Under the pieces are notes generated by a model, which was not told the origin of the DNA, did not search any database, and saw only the letters and a list, made by a program, of their open reading frames with translations. Source: Azolla caroliniana (lineage: Eukaryota; Plantae; Polypodiophyta). From it: a DNA stretch of 64,000 nt. This document shows, in pieces, positions 43,150 through 57,289 of the stretch. The position numbers and the translations under genes are program-made. The stretch is from positions 3,782,001-3,846,000 of the forward strand of contig JBHGNT010000004.1 in the NCBI GenBank assembly GCA_043228905.1. Direction: 5' to 3'. How positions within the stretch are numbered: the first letter of the stretch is position 1; every line of letters starts with the position of its first letter.

Positions 43150-46100
43150 TTTGGTAAAATATTGTGTTGTTAATATAAAGCTTGTTCTTATAATACATTT
43201 TCACTTCTTAAATCATACATTGTCTCTTATCTTTTATCTATGCTCATCTGTCTCTCGCACATTACTTCTAACTCTTGTTCTTCCTATCCTTAATCTTTCT
43301 AACATTCTTGCACAAGCCTTATAAAATATATAGATAACTCCTTTTAACCTTAGTCCGCGTGACTTCACCACACGAACCAAAACTACCCCGACAACACATA
43401 TTCTAATTATGACGCAATCCCCAACATCTCAGAAATAGAAAAACGATCTCCATCTTTGATTTTGGGTCAACTTGTGTAAATTGTGCAAACACCCACAGTC
43501 TAGGTGTCAAATAACACCGTGATAAGACTTGCCAAATTTGAGAAATGTAACTCCAAATCTAACAAGCAATCAGACATTGTATAAATCGATGAGTACTATC
43601 TTCTATTTGAACAGTGCAAAAAAGCAATTACCTGTTGCTAATCCACAATGCTTTAGAGCTAATCCCAAAGGAAATCCTCGAATCAAAACTCTTGAAATGA
43701 CTCGGGAGATGCCACCTTTGGAACTAATTTAATTAGACCAACCTTCCAAGCTTGAGGCATATGACCAGATTCCCAAGAATGTTGAAATATCAAAGTTAAG
43801 GGCCCCTTTAAAATGTTCGAATATTGCTTAAAAACTTCATTTGTCAAGCTATCCTAACCAGGCCTCTTACCACTAGGAAGATTCCTTAAAACTGTGTTCA
43901 CCTCATTCACAATGAAATCCGCATCCAATTCATGACTAATGAGGTCATGCACAATACATCCAACCACATCATAAAACTCATGACGTGCTCTACTCACCTC
44001 ATTTGTCATTGACAATTGTGGGCCAATCAACTCCTTGAAGTAATGAACACATGTGTCAATTATTGTAGTAGGATTCATTCTCTCTTCATCCCCTTGTTTC
44101 ACGTGTACCACATTAGATCGAGCATAAGTAGGATGTAACGCTTGAAAAAAGAAAGATGAGATTGACATTGATTATCTATGAGCCCATCCCTCAGTTGTCG
44201 CATCTTCGCAGAACAATAACTTTGGCATTGCAACTGAGAAATAATAACATGCAATTGACTTTGGATATTCAAAAGCTCCTCGTCGAATGGTGCATGTATC
44301 AATATTGCATTACACCTGGAGAGAACTTGTGAGAATTGTCGAAGAAGACCTCTTCTTCGTTGAGCATTAGTTACTCCATACATACGATGAATGATCTTAA
44401 TGTTTCGTAACGTGATATCCCATGCTTTAACTCCTTTAAGATTCACTTCTTGTGAAAAATTTACCAAAATTTGCTCCATGAGAGAATCAAAGTGAGGTTG
44501 AAGCAAAAGAGAAGAGTTAAAGCATAATGGAGGCCTTCCAAGTAAAGATTTATACATGTCAATTGCATGATTACAAACCTCCAAACAAATAGGAAAGTGG
44601 TCTAAAGTTCCTACATCTTGTAAAACTTTCATATGAAGTGATGTCGGTAAAAAAGAATCATTGTGCATCATATACATTTTATCTAACCGACTCCATGTTT
44701 GTCTATGTTGAGCGGATTGGAAAGTAAAACCTGGATCATTCCCATGCAACCATGACCAAACATCCAACTTTAGAATGTCCATAGTCAATGAATCCCAAGC
44801 CAGTTGTTCAGGATCATCCATGATTGAATGTTCAGACGTAGATTGAGATGCATCAACACATATGTTAAAATCACCCATAAGTAATCCTGGATGACCCACA
44901 CATAGGGTTGGAAGGAGTGAGCCCCATAATGCAATACGTTGAGTGGCTTAGTCAGGGGCGTAAATCCCAACCACCCACACAACCTCACCAAAAAAAGTGA
45001 TTTCTAGAACCAAAAATTGACCATAAGGATCATTATGCACCACTTGAGGATAATATTATCCCGCACGATTAATACCACACCTGAATAATGATTATTAAGA
45101 TGTCCTACATAGAATGATGAATATCCACGTAAATGAACTGTGGATCCTGCTAACGCATGACACTTATGCTCAATTACACATAATACATCTCATTCTTTAC
45201 TTAATAAAGTTTCCCATAATATATACTTCTTATGAGGAGAACATGCCCCTCTCATATTCCATGTTGCCACTTTCATTCAATCAACAATTTTATGGGTGCA
45301 CTTGCTCCTTAAGAGTAACCGATGTAATGAAACTAGTCAAAGCATGCCCCAATGCGGCATATGGATTTTCATGCACCATCCTTAGGGTTGTCTATCGAAA
45401 TCTTTTGTTTAGGTTCTCGCGCTTGACGAAAACCTCGAGAATTCGATGAATTTACAACCCGTCGCAATGAATCAAATTGAAGGTGAAGGGGTAATCCCTT
45501 ATCCCTAAATTGTCTTTGCCGAGGAACTTTTCGAGGACCCTCCCTAGTTCCTGAATTTCCTTTCCAAGTAGTCTCACGAGTAGTGGGAAAACTATTACGT
45601 TGCATATTCATTGATTTCCCCTTCGACTTGCCCTTAACTTGATGCCAATCCTTTTCAACAACATGACTACTAATTCTATCCAACGGTTTTTTCCCCTTAT
45701 CTATAACCACTAAACTTTGTTTTTCCATATCCATAGATTGAGTTGCCTTATTCTTAGGACCCAAACCTTCAAGTGAAACCTCTTTATAACCTGCTCTAGA
45801 TGATGTTCCTTCATCCATAACAACCACAATATCTGACGCACCAACATCTCTCCCAACTCCTTCCTTACCATTCCCTTCATTAGGAACCTCTATAATTGAA
45901 GGACAATGACAATGGCATTCCACCATAAAGTGGCACCATTCACCACATCAAAACAATGACATGCGAATGTCTCCCACTTCAATTTAAAACTAAGTCTTTT
46001 CATACCAGGTGTGTTCATACGCACCCATCCTGGCCTCTTACGACTTGTATCTCATAACACTCAAATTTTGCACGTATTTGTAGCACTTGCATGTGGAGAT

Positions 46101-47100
46101 ACCAACACTTTACCCATTTGACTCATCAACTCTGGTAAAAGTGGTCATAAAAAAGCATGCTTACAATCCACTGTTACCCAAATAGGGTATTCTTGTTTTA
46201 ACAAAGCATGATAGTCCACAATGGGGGACTATTGCATTACATGCACCAATCGTTTATAAAAAAAGACAGGAACTTTAGCCAACAATGCACTTCGATGTTC
46301 CGGTGAATGAAACATTACATCATAAAACCCTCGTGGTCTTGCAAATATATTTTCAACACAATTTGGTGACACGATTGTGTTCAACCATTGTTTAATTCAA
46401 TTAATGTATGGGAGTTTCTCGGTAAAAAATAATATAATTGTACGATCATAGAATACATCAAAAGATTGCAACACTGCCTTAGCATCAACTTCCACATCAT
46501 GCACATCCTCATCAATGCATTCTTTCGCTTCATTTTAATTTTCTTCCACAATATTAGACAACAAGATATTGGCAATTCCCCATAAAGTATCCCAATTACA
46601 ATTATCCTTGTCAACCTCATCTACATGTATTCCTTCGGCATATGTCAATTTTTTCTCATCAATTTCCTTAATACCCTTAAAACTCTTAGAGCTTCCAATG
46701 TCTTCCCTTTCACGATTACATTCAACCATCACATTACTCTTTTTTGGATCAGTTGTTTCCATATCAATGTCCCCCACAATTTGTGGGGAATTCATGTTTA
46801 TATCCATTATTTCTTGAGGTGATATCGATCCGGGATAAAAACAATTTTCCATGAACAAGAGAGACAATCGAAACGCACTCGATTGTAGAGGTCTAAGATG
46901 ATGCAGACAATAGAAGACTTGCAATATGTGTTGAGTATGTGGATACCGATAACATAAGATTCCTTATTTCTATCGCTGCTTCTCGTACACACCACCAAAT
47001 TTAACTTGCTATATCTCGTTACGAAGCTCTAATCGAGGGCTTTCTAACACTTGTCTTTGTGCCGAATTTCGTTGTCGATAGAGAGTGCAGCAATAATAAA
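43150..47100 (-). mobile_element. L1/Tx1-like LINE with ORF1 remnant, APE endonuclease, RT start and zf-RVT; most of the RT is deleted
   Basis: ORF1-like RGFYDVMF/PIWVTV region; endonuclease motifs MGDFN, SRLDKMY, DHFPI; KRPG; GLIKLVPKVASPESFQ is joined directly to RVLIRGFPLG..CFFC..EDSTH.F..C. Confidence 0.85.
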
Positions 47101-47184
47101 AAATTGTTTCTTCTTCTCTCCACTCTTGCTTTTTTAATTCTCTTCTCTCTCCTCTCTCCTCTTTTTTTTTTTCGTAATTACCTT

Positions 47185-47362
47185 ACCCTAGTGGTAAGTT
47201 GTTAACACTACAAGCACTGCGTCATGGGTTCGAAACCCAATTTCCTGACCTCTCTATTATATGCTTCATATACTCTTAATTCTCTAGATGCCACTGTGGA
47301 ATGTAGGGGTTGAACCCATGACCACATGGTCTCCATTGGGCAACCTTACCAACTGAGCTACA
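47185..47362. mobile_element. Convergent pair of tRNA-derived units (+ ~47185-47245; - 47287-47362)
   Basis: The - unit tgtagctcagttggtaagg...gggttcaacccc has canonical A and B boxes. The + unit reads ctagtggtaag...gggttcgaaaccc. Confidence 0.6.
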
Positions 47363-47401
47363 TCCATCTGGGCTAATTCTCCTCTCTCTCTCTCTCTCTC
47401 T

Positions 47402-49329
47402 GTAAATAATGACTTTCATTATGAAAGAAAAATACACCACGACTAATTACTACAAAGTATAGAACCCTTATGGGGAGATAAATACTACTACGACTCCAAA
47501 CTCAATGCCATCCTACACACCAATTCAAATGGCAAATATGATGATATGTGACCTTGCATAACTCTCTCCTCTTCATGATTGAGATTTCGTGATTTCTCTA
47601 GCACTGCCAATTGCCACAAAAGAAGTCCTTCTAACTTTACAACATATTTTCTCACCCCAACTTGTGAATCAAAAGTGAAAGATTCCACATATTCCAATTG
47701 AACCATAAACCACAATACCTCAAGAACTCAAAATTAATTTGGAAATGAGGCATCAACTCATTGTTCTCCATATGTACAAACACCTAACTAAAGGAAGATA
47801 TGCTTACTCCAGTTAGAGACATCCACACTAAACTGATAGACCTCCAAACCATCCTCAAAATTGGGCATGAAAGAAATTGATACCTATTATGTTCCAATTC
47901 CACTGAACAAAAGAAACACGATCCTTCAATGATGCATCCCCCAATGGTAAAGCTCCATCTCTTATAAACATTACAATCCCAGAATAATCCCATGAACATC
48001 ACCGTCATAACATAGTGTATAACCCTTAGAATAACTAATTAATCAAGAATTACAATGATCTTTATGCTCTAATGCACATAAAACATCTCATTGCTCACTT
48101 AACACAATCCTCCAAACCTCATGCATTCTAAATCTAGAACACAATCCCCTCACATTCCATGTGGTGATCTTCATACTTTATTTTTTCCATTAATTCGAGA
48201 AATCTCCTTCTCCTTCACTGCTAATGTTTCTGCCATATCTTGAAATAAATCCCCTAAGATTGCATGCGAATTATTATGGGAATGCAAAACTCCAGACCCC
48301 GATGGCTCCTCTTGTGAACGAGGCACTAGTTTTTGTTTATTCCAAGGAAAATACAAATTACCTTTACTATCAAAAGACAATTTCTTTGGATAGTCCTCCT
48401 GACAATTCCACATGGAATTTGTTTGTTGAATCGGTGTTACCTTCTCCATAGATACATTATGCCCACCATTCTTATTAAACTTCTTCATATTTCCGGAAAC
48501 TATGGACCATTGCACTTCGCCCTCTAGAGTCTTTCCATCCTTGTTATTCACAATATGTGGTTCCTTTATTTGCTCTGAAGTTGTTAAAGTTTGAATCTAT
48601 TCGTGATTTGTAGGCTCTTCATGTATCACTTCCACTACATTATTTCTTTTTTGAGGATACTCAGCCATAAAATGCCCTAGCACACCACAATGGAATTAAT
48701 GTCCTGCAAATGTACCCCGTTTAAGCTGAAAATACATAGGAGGCATACCAGAGCATGCAATTTGTAAACAACTTGGCCTCTTTATAGTAGTATTCCAAAG
48801 AATACACATCCGATATCAATTTTGGGCATTAGTACTAGGAGGCACCAAGATCTTTCCCAACTTTTCCATTGTTGATAGTAATATTGGCCAGACCACTGAA
48901 TATGTACACTTTACCTCAACCCATACAAGACACTCTTGCTTCAATATATCTTGATATTCCACCAGTGGCCTCCACGGAACAATATGAACCAAACTTTCCT
49001 CATAAAACATTGGCAATTTATTGAGTAATTTCTCTTTATACTCTTGTGATACCAAAACAACCTCATAAAACCCACGAGGACCAACATAAACATCTTGAAC
49101 ACAATCAGCTTGTAAAATCCCACGTAACCATTGTTTGACCCTCCAAATGAAAGGTATCTTCCCCGTGAAAAATAATATAACCCCTCTATCAATTTTGTTT
49201 GCAAATGAGCCCAAAAACTCCTTATTATCTATTTCTACCTTAGCCACTTCATCGTCAACAAACTCCTCAACAACTTTTACATTCTCCCTTATACAATCTT
49301 CCATTAGTATATTTGTCATGCATCTTAAA
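47402..49329 (-). mobile_element. Internally deleted L1/Tx1-like LINE (ORF1 remnant joined to zf-RVT/3' end), flanked by (AG)n on both sides
   Basis: ORF1 VYVGPRGFYEVVL..VHIVPWRP is homologous to 46100-46450, followed by zf-RVT CFFCSVELEHNRYQFLSC. No EN or RT motifs were seen. CT runs at 47382-47401 and 49330-49346. Confidence 0.75.
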
Positions 49330-50662
49330 TCTCTCTCTCTCTCTCTACACTAGGGGATCATTAGGTCGAGTTGATGAACATCTAGCCTAATGGCGCATGT
49401 GTCAAAAAATCCCCTAACTTTCTTCAAGTAAACACTCTTACATTGGTTAACAATTAAGATGCATATAACTAACTTAATCCACATGTTTAAACAAAAGTTA
49501 GATAACTAACAAATACACATAAGCCAAGCTACACGTGTTATGATCTCCAACACAATCCACAATCCCTAACAGTCTATTAAAGTAAAAGAACCAAAATAAA
49601 GGTAAATAAATTGGATAAAAGAACTGTTTCCCCGACTACCCCCAGATATGCTCAAGACATAGCCAACCTACCACCGACGTTCCATATCGACAAATATTAG
49701 GATGACTAATACCTTGGACGAGATAACATGATCATCACAACGAAATCCTAGCCTGCACCACTAGTGTCTTAAGACAACCGCCTTTCGACGTAATGTGTCT
49801 TCTTAGGGTAGCTAGGCCCCACATTTATACCTCTTCCTAGGCCCCTTAAATGGACCTGTCTATCTAAAAGACACTCTATCATTGGTTGTCAAGATCATGA
49901 TGCTGGATGCACTTGTCATTCCTTTTACCCAATCATGATAGTCCCTTTCTAACACTAGTGAACATACCTTTCACTTATGTAAATATTAGTGACCTACCCT
50001 CACCAACGTTATGTGTGCATAACAAGGACTTACATTAAAATGCTTTGTAAGAATTATAAACTCAAGTTGGGAAGGATTAGGGTTTAAAGAATGAGGACCG
50101 TAAAGCATTGATTAATAGATTAAACTGAATCCACTTTAAATGAGAAGATTAATTGTGAAGACTTGGTTATAACAAAATTAAGACAATATTTTGAATCAAT
50201 TCCTCATATTTTTGTCATGAGCACTCTTGGCTACACTAGAAGCAATCACAACAAAATGACACTAAGAAGTAGTTTGGGCAATTATTGCAGACATAGTACA
50301 TAATATACTCGAATGCATAGTATGAACCATATGTGCATTCGCATTCGCGAATGTTTTAATCATTCGAGTATGGTAAACACCCTTGAAGAATGTTAAATAC
50401 CATACTTTTGGATTAACTATTTATTATGAGGTAAATAAACCTAAAAAACCAAATAAATAATGAATACAAAAGTATGGTATTTACCATACTTCGAGGGTGT
50501 TTACCATACTCGGATGATTGAAACACTTGAGAAGGGGGAAAAACGGGCAACTTTTTGTTAATGTAGAAGAGAATTTGGAGACCTCATATTCTTCCTCTTC
50601 GCTTTCTCGATCAATGCTTTTGAGTACATCAATTAAACGTCGACATTTTTGGACATCCTTGC

Positions 50663-50864
50663 TAAGAGTTTGCAATGGCTCGGCTCAAGCTTGAACCGAA
50701 CTGATTTGGGCGAAACCGATTAAGGTTAAAACTGTTTGGCCAAACCGATATCTAAACCGATTTAGGTTAAAGTTTGAAAGCCCCCATATTGATTAAGCCT
50801 TAACCGGTTTGGTTTGGACAAGGCAAAACCGGTTAAGCCGAAACCAAACCGTTCCTGATTCCTA
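50663..50864. mobile_element. hAT-type MITE
   Basis: Degenerate TIRs starting TA, AACCG subterminal repeats, and an imperfect 8-bp TSD atccttgc / atccccgc. Confidence 0.7.
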
Positions 50865-51569
50865 ATCCCCGCCTCCGTCACTAGCTTATATGCTATGAGC
50901 CTTTGGTGGTCTATTGTGTGTCTATTGTGTGTCAGTTGAGTTTAAGTTATTAGAGAATATTTTACTTTCCTCTCTACATAGTACTCTAATATATTTAGAG
51001 TAGATATTTGGTGTACGAATTTTATATGTTGATAATGAATTGTTTCCGGACAAGTTCCATGGTTTTTATCCCTGTTTTGAAGGTTTTGCACGTTAGAAAT
51101 TTGGTGGTGTATTGTGCATACTTTTGTTGTTTTTCTTGAATAAATTGCTCAAAACAATCTTTGTCTCATGATATTTGGCAAAGTGCTATCGTGAATCCTT
51201 TACACAAATCCAGACAACTGTCTGAAAATCGAAGTTAAAGGCCGAAAATTTTCAGTATTTCTGCCAGCATTTCTGGCATTAGGCATTCTTTATAAGTGAT
51301 GCTACTTTAGACATCTGGTATGAGGTTTCTTGCAAAAAAGAAGCATAAAAAATTTCAGACATCATTGCAAAAGAAAAGGGACCGAATTAAGGGAATCCAG
51401 TTTCTGATTCTGCGACAAAATGTGGGTTAACCAATCACAATGTCTGAATAGAGGTGTGGGTAATACCACATTCTATGAATAATGTGATTGATTCATTGAT
51501 TGTTGTTATTTGTATTAATTGAATATATGATAGGATTATGGTGGTGCAATGGTACATCCTCCCTTCTCA

Positions 51570-51870
51570 TTATCATCCTTGATGATCATGATTATGATTA
51601 CTAGTTGGTGGATCATGACCGTCTTTATGGTGCAAATCTGTTGCATCATCAGCACAACCATGAATGCTGTTACAATGATGACAACTGGTGATGATCATCC
51701 TGATTGACCGCTGGTGTCCATGATAACACCTTTATCACGAGGTGCTGCACAAATGCATTGATGGAGTGTGTTGAAGGACAATGTGGTTCAGAAACAGAGG
51801 AAAGACAGCAGGAAGGCTGGATGATCACCATCACCATCACCATGTTATTAGCATCACCTCAGATGGTCAT
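51570..51870 (-). pseudogene. Decayed third copy of the His-rich secreted protein family
   Basis: The reverse strand yields HGDGDGDHP, SPVVIIV and HHKDGHDPPTSNHNHDHQG*, matching copy-1 repeats SPVVVIVR and HHDNHDSPTSHHGQ (shared ccaactagt). Frameshifted; no signal peptide or PGGYID core found. Confidence 0.55.
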
Positions 51871-52070
51871 GGGCCATGGTAGCCTTGAGTAATAGTTGAA
51901 GCACATGCATATGTGCCCAATGGTGTGATGAATATTATCAACACTCAATCCCATACATGAGTGGCTACAATTGTATTAGTCTCTGGTGACAAATGCCTTT
52001 CAAGTGCATATGGTCAGAATAGGTCATTTAACTAAGGTCTAAATTTGATTCCATATTATGTTACGGAGAA

Positions 52071-52339
52071 GAGAGTTAGTAGAATCTGATTTTTAGCATA
52101 CACTCATTGGTAAAGTTTCATTCCAAGAAATGCAGAACCAAGCTAAAAATACAACAAAATAAAATGAAAAAGATTTGCCTACTCTCAGACAGCTTGAATT
52201 GGTAGGAGAGAGTTAGTAGAATCTGATTTTTAGCATACACTCATTGGTAAAGTTTCATTCCAAGAAATGCAGAACCAAGCTAAAAATACAACAAAATAAA
52301 ATGAAAAAGATTTGCCTACTCTCAGACAGCTTGAATTGG
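52071..52339. repeat. 137-bp near-perfect tandem duplication
   Basis: gagagttagtagaatctgatt...ctcagacagcttgaattgg x2. Confidence 0.92.
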
Positions 52340-53225
52340 CAGAGGCATCATGCTTATAAGAATTGTCTTAAATTTCGAATGATGATAAATTCAAGGTCTG
52401 TTTTTGGGCCAATCAGAGAAAAGAGTTGTGGTAACACTTAGGTTGCTAAAATAAACTCTAAATCAAGCTCTCAATGGATAATAATAAAAATTGGACAAGT
52501 TCAGCAGATAAAGAATCACAAAAAGTGTTTCTATCAATCCCATGGTACACAATGTCCTTTCCTATTCTACAATCCCCTATTCAGGTACACTTGGACAAGA
52601 GGTGAGGCAGTTGGAAAAGCACAACCATAAGAATTTGGACGTGCGATGCAATTAGCTCCTCAATTGCCAAAAACTTAGTTCTCTTTAAGAAGTATGTTGG
52701 TTGGCTCGGTCAATCTTCAGACCATAACATGCAAATGATAAAATTAAATACCCTAAGCTCAAATAGACATGAGATAGATTAATAATCAGATACGTCAATA
52801 AGTCATTCTGCCACGTTGCAATCTTAAAATCTTTCTGATCTTCCTCTACATGATTAATCCACACAGACATGTGAATAGGATTGATTTATAATGTTCTTGT
52901 GCAAGCAAAAGAGAGAGATGGATTTGTTGCATGAGTTGAAACTTAATCATTATTGCCTAAGTAGATCAGAAGCATGGTTAAATGTCAAATCATTATTCAG
53001 AAACATGCATCAACTAAACCATCTTTGCTAGTATAGCAAGTTGAGTGACATGTTTCTTAAGAACAAGTAGGCTCGAAATGTACTTATTAGAGATATCTGT
53101 GATGAGTTAAAGCTGTGGTGTGTATAGAGAATCTACGTTCTATGTTAAATTCATTATGATATTGCTCAAAGAAAGTTCACTATACAAGAAACAAAATAAT
53201 ATTCATTAAGCATATCTGACTTGAT

Positions 53226-56200
53226 CTAGAAGGAGGCAGACCTAGAAAGAGAGGGTTTCATCTTCTTGTCCTCCTCCAATGCAATCATACCCAGGTGAGA
53301 TGGATCTTCAAGCATCATCTTTGATACAAGATAGCCAGCAATTGACCAGGTTTGCATCTTTCTAGCTTGCTTTCCTATATAACGACCTAGTTTCCCATCA
53401 TAATACTCAGGCCAGTGATCATTCGAAAGCCTTTTCTCAGCAAGCTCAATTGCTTTTCGTGCTATCTGCGGCCTTCCTGTTTTGATGCAGGCAGCAGTAA
53501 ACAACCAAAGGAGAACTGCAGAAGACAAGAATTGAGAATCAATTAGAAACATCTGTCCATGTGTTCTCAATGCATTTAGTAATCAGAATAAATTCTATGA
53601 TTAAAGGACGCCACAAACATGATAAGTGGCCAGAGTCTTCGAACCCAATTCCTACCTTGGATCTCAAACAGAAAATGTATTCCTCATCCCGTCTATTATG
53701 TTGTTACCAACCCCAGGCATATGGAGAAAAATAAAGCTAGATCATGCTTCAGATGAACAAAGACCAAAGAGCACTTTATGTAGCATAACTTATTTTGATT
53801 GAACATGGCCCAAGTTATGCATACGTTAGTGCAAATGCATCTTCAAAAATATATAAAGAGATGGTGCAACCTTGAGAAGAAAAAGGTGACTTATAAGGAT
53901 CAACAGGTTAATCCTCCATTTATTGAGCTTACCACTAATTGCTTGCATTCCATGTGAGACATTAAAACTCTATCGTCTTACGGGTTTTAGTGTTTAGGGA
54001 TAATATATGAATTTTAACTAGATTAATTAAGAATCTAAAGACAACTCCTTTTTTGACACGTAAAATTTCACAACTTCAAAATGCTTAACTCTTGATTAAT
54101 ACATAGATGTATGATTTCCAACTTCAAAAGATGTTTGTATATCAATTTTCACTAAATTAATTAAACATTTAGAGACAAATCAAGGTTTGGCACGTAAGAA
54201 CTCCAGACTCATCCGCGAAATCCTGTTCAAGTTATATATTTTGCACATGGATTTCTTACCTGGCCATGAACCTCCATTATGATAGCTCCATCGTGTGTTT
54301 TTCGGATCACAACCTGTGACGATTCTCCATTCATGATTCTCTAATGCAGGATATGCAACCTTGAGAGGCATTTCTCCCACAAGATCTTCCCATCTCTCTT
54401 CAAAAAGGTCCATGATCGCAGCTTCCTGTGCTGGGGTAGCCAGAGACGATAAAATTGCAACACAATTACCGACACAAAACCACCTGAAGTCCATGCGAGC
54501 AGGACTAACATTTCCAATGAAGTAGCCACCTTTCATAGGCATGAAATCAAAGACCCATTCTGGGATAGAATCAGGGATCACATTGAATTTGTTGACAGCA
54601 GTATGAGAGTATTCCTCTGTCTTGTATCTGTAAATATTGTTCAGTTGCTCGAAATCAAGCCAATAATACTCTCTCATGTGGAAACTCAATGCATGCAGAC
54701 GTTTGTCGATACGCTCAATAAATTCTTTACCACCTCCCTCTGGTTTAAGAAGAACACGAGCACATCTGAGTGCTAGGAAAAACAGAGTCTGAATCTCAAC
54801 CGGATAACCATAGATTCCCTGCATGGCATTTTAAAAATGAGCCCAATTCTTCCTTGTTTATTTCACGACAAATATAAACTTTGTGATTTGCGTTACCAAT
54901 GATGCCTAAATATAAAAAATCTTTCTGTTCTTAAAGGCATTAAAACTTAAAAACGCATTTCATGAAGAGGCCTAAATATCAATGTCCTTCCTTGGTTTGT
55001 TTCATGACATCCAAACTTGGTGACTTGCACATCCAACAATGCCTATAATACATCAATTTCCTTCCGTAATTGTTTCAGGAAATCAAATTTTGGTGGTACA
55101 TTTCCAAAATATGCCTATACATCAATACTTAGATTATGGCTTTCATAGAGATGCTAAGACAGTTGAGTGTTGAGTTACCATTCTTCGATCCACCATACAG
55201 CATCCATCTGCACATAGAAGAGTAGGAAATGTATCAAACCCCTCTGAGAGGCATAAAGATAGTATGAGCCGCATTCCACGTTGGAAATCAGGCATATCTG
55301 CAAGTGTATGATCACCAGTGGACTTGGTATAAGCCCGAAGAAGGATGATCCACCAAAACCCAGAGTCAACCGGAGCCACTCTACCGATTGCACTTTCTCC
55401 AAAATCAGCAATCATGGTATCGGTGTTGCGGTTTGCATCATGAAGAACCTTGAAACTAGCTGGCATCACACCAGCCCCGAGAGTGAAATTGTCTATTCTT
55501 TTTGTCAGCGCCTGTAGCCTAAGAGTCTTGATCAAGAAGTTCTTGACAATTTCTGACTCTCCATTCATGAGGAAAGCCAAGGCACTAGGGAAGAAATCTC
55601 TCACAAAGACCTAAAGAAAGAGAAATCCAAAGATTTATATGAAAGGAGCTTGCAAACTTTTTTACAGGATAAACTTTATGCCTCTCATCTCCCTTGGAAG
55701 AGATAGAAGGATTGCATTGTGGCAACAAAGAAATACTACAAACTAAATATTATCCTATAAGTAATGTTTCATCATATGATTCAGGCCACTTATACAGATC
55801 ACCCAGGTTCGTGGACATTGATAAGAATTACTTTGCCTCTAGCAAAAAAATGGCGTATAAATTAATCTATGAATAGAAAATCCTTCATATTTAAACATTT
55901 GACTCGTTCAAATTCTACAAATCCAAATACATGGAGTTTATAAAGCAACTTTCATGTAACAGATTCCATGACGAAGAGTTTGTACACAATCTGATCAGGA
56001 AATATCAAAGAAATAGAATAACAGCCACAGATTAGCATTATTTATACAAATTGCATGGAGATTTTCAAATTTGGACAGCTTTAAATCATGAAACATAATA
56101 TGAAATGAGCGACATACTTACTGGTAGGGCACAGATCATTGTAACATCATAATGGAATCGAGAGGTTTTCAAATTTCAAGTTATATACCTGATTGTAGTT

Positions 56201-56806
56201 GAGTGAATCCTCTGTAGGATCAAGGGCAGCTATGGTGCCAACAGGCATTCCTCTGAAGTAGACTAAAGACCTTCTGAGAGCTTCCCAAGCATCAAACAGC
56301 ATAGGATGAAGCTCCAAGTGTGATGAATGGAATGTTGCAGAACGTGGTGTATTTGTGATTGATCTAGTGATGTTTGGAGAGAGCATACCATCCAGATTAA
56401 TTAGATCAGAATTCCGTGACCGAGTCGATAAACCTCCAAATGCTTCAAGAAGAGTCTTTTCTTCACAAGATCTGTATGTATTGAGAGGCAACAATCTAGG
56501 CTTTGTTTCTAGGGATTTAACGGAAGCCTCTGAGCTCTCATGGTTTTGGTCTTTATTCGAATTGTCATTTTCATTCTGATCTTTACTGGAGTTTATAGCA
56601 TTGCTGCAGGTATTTATATTAAATCCTTCCAGAGCTTCTACTAAGGTTTTCTCTTCGCAAGATCCATATGTGGTCAGCCTTGGTTTTGTCTCTATATTAT
56701 GTTTAAAAGGTTGATCTGTACTCCCATTAATTATATCAGCGAAGCCATGTCCATTCTCCAAAGAATCAGACTGGGTTTTGTGATTCATGATAGCATTAGA
56801 AGGCAT
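53226..56806 (-). CDS. CINV: Alkaline/neutral invertase (GH100), cytosolic beta clade, 4 exons (56806-56189, 55610-55179, 54818-54260, 53515-53226), 632 aa
   Basis: [86 protein letters not shown]-terminal RSASF. GT-AG junctions in phase (1899 nt). Confidence 0.96.
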
Positions 56807-56830
56807 TGTCCAGTCGGAAATTTAATATAT

Positions 56831-57289
56831 CTTCAAAGCAGGAGAAACAGTAAACCTTTTGCAGTCCTTAGAAGAAGACAAAAGCTTCCACCTCTATGTA
56901 AGGAAAACAAGCTTGGTAATATTGTTCAATAGGAGAGCTTTGCTGCAGCCTTTCCACACAAGCAAAAATATATATATATATATATTGCAGTATTTAAATG
57001 TTAAGTAAAAAGCTTGGCCTTCCTGCGAAGGAGAAAAAGCTTTTTTTTTTTGCAGATTGGTTTTGCTATGGCGGTTAGTGCAGATCACTAGGACAGCGGA
57101 TCAGGAAACCGCGAATAGTGTTATATTGCGATCGAGCTTTAGAAAAGCAAAATGCAGTATATTGAGCAGAAAGAACAAGAAGATTAACGGGAAAAGCATA
57201 GAAAACGCAAAGGAAAGGCCGGTAGGCAAAAACAACAGAAAATATCAAATATATGGTGGTTATTTTTTGTTTTTCTGTTTTCAACTTAC
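56831..57289 (-). other. Putative 5'-UTR intron of the invertase
   Basis: Strong donor ctg|gtaagt at 57289 and a pyrimidine-rich acceptor ttctcctgctttgaag ending at 56831, 25 nt before the ATG. Confidence 0.5.

Noticed and set aside
47287-47362. Possible functional tRNA gene
   Set aside because: A and B boxes are present, but I could not form a convincing acceptor/anticodon stem, and a diverged homologue exists at 4368-4444; treated as SINE-like.
49398-51190. Possible solo LTRs (49398-49953; Copia-U5-like motif near 51060-51110)
   Set aside because: No matching TSD, PBS/PPT or second LTR could be verified.
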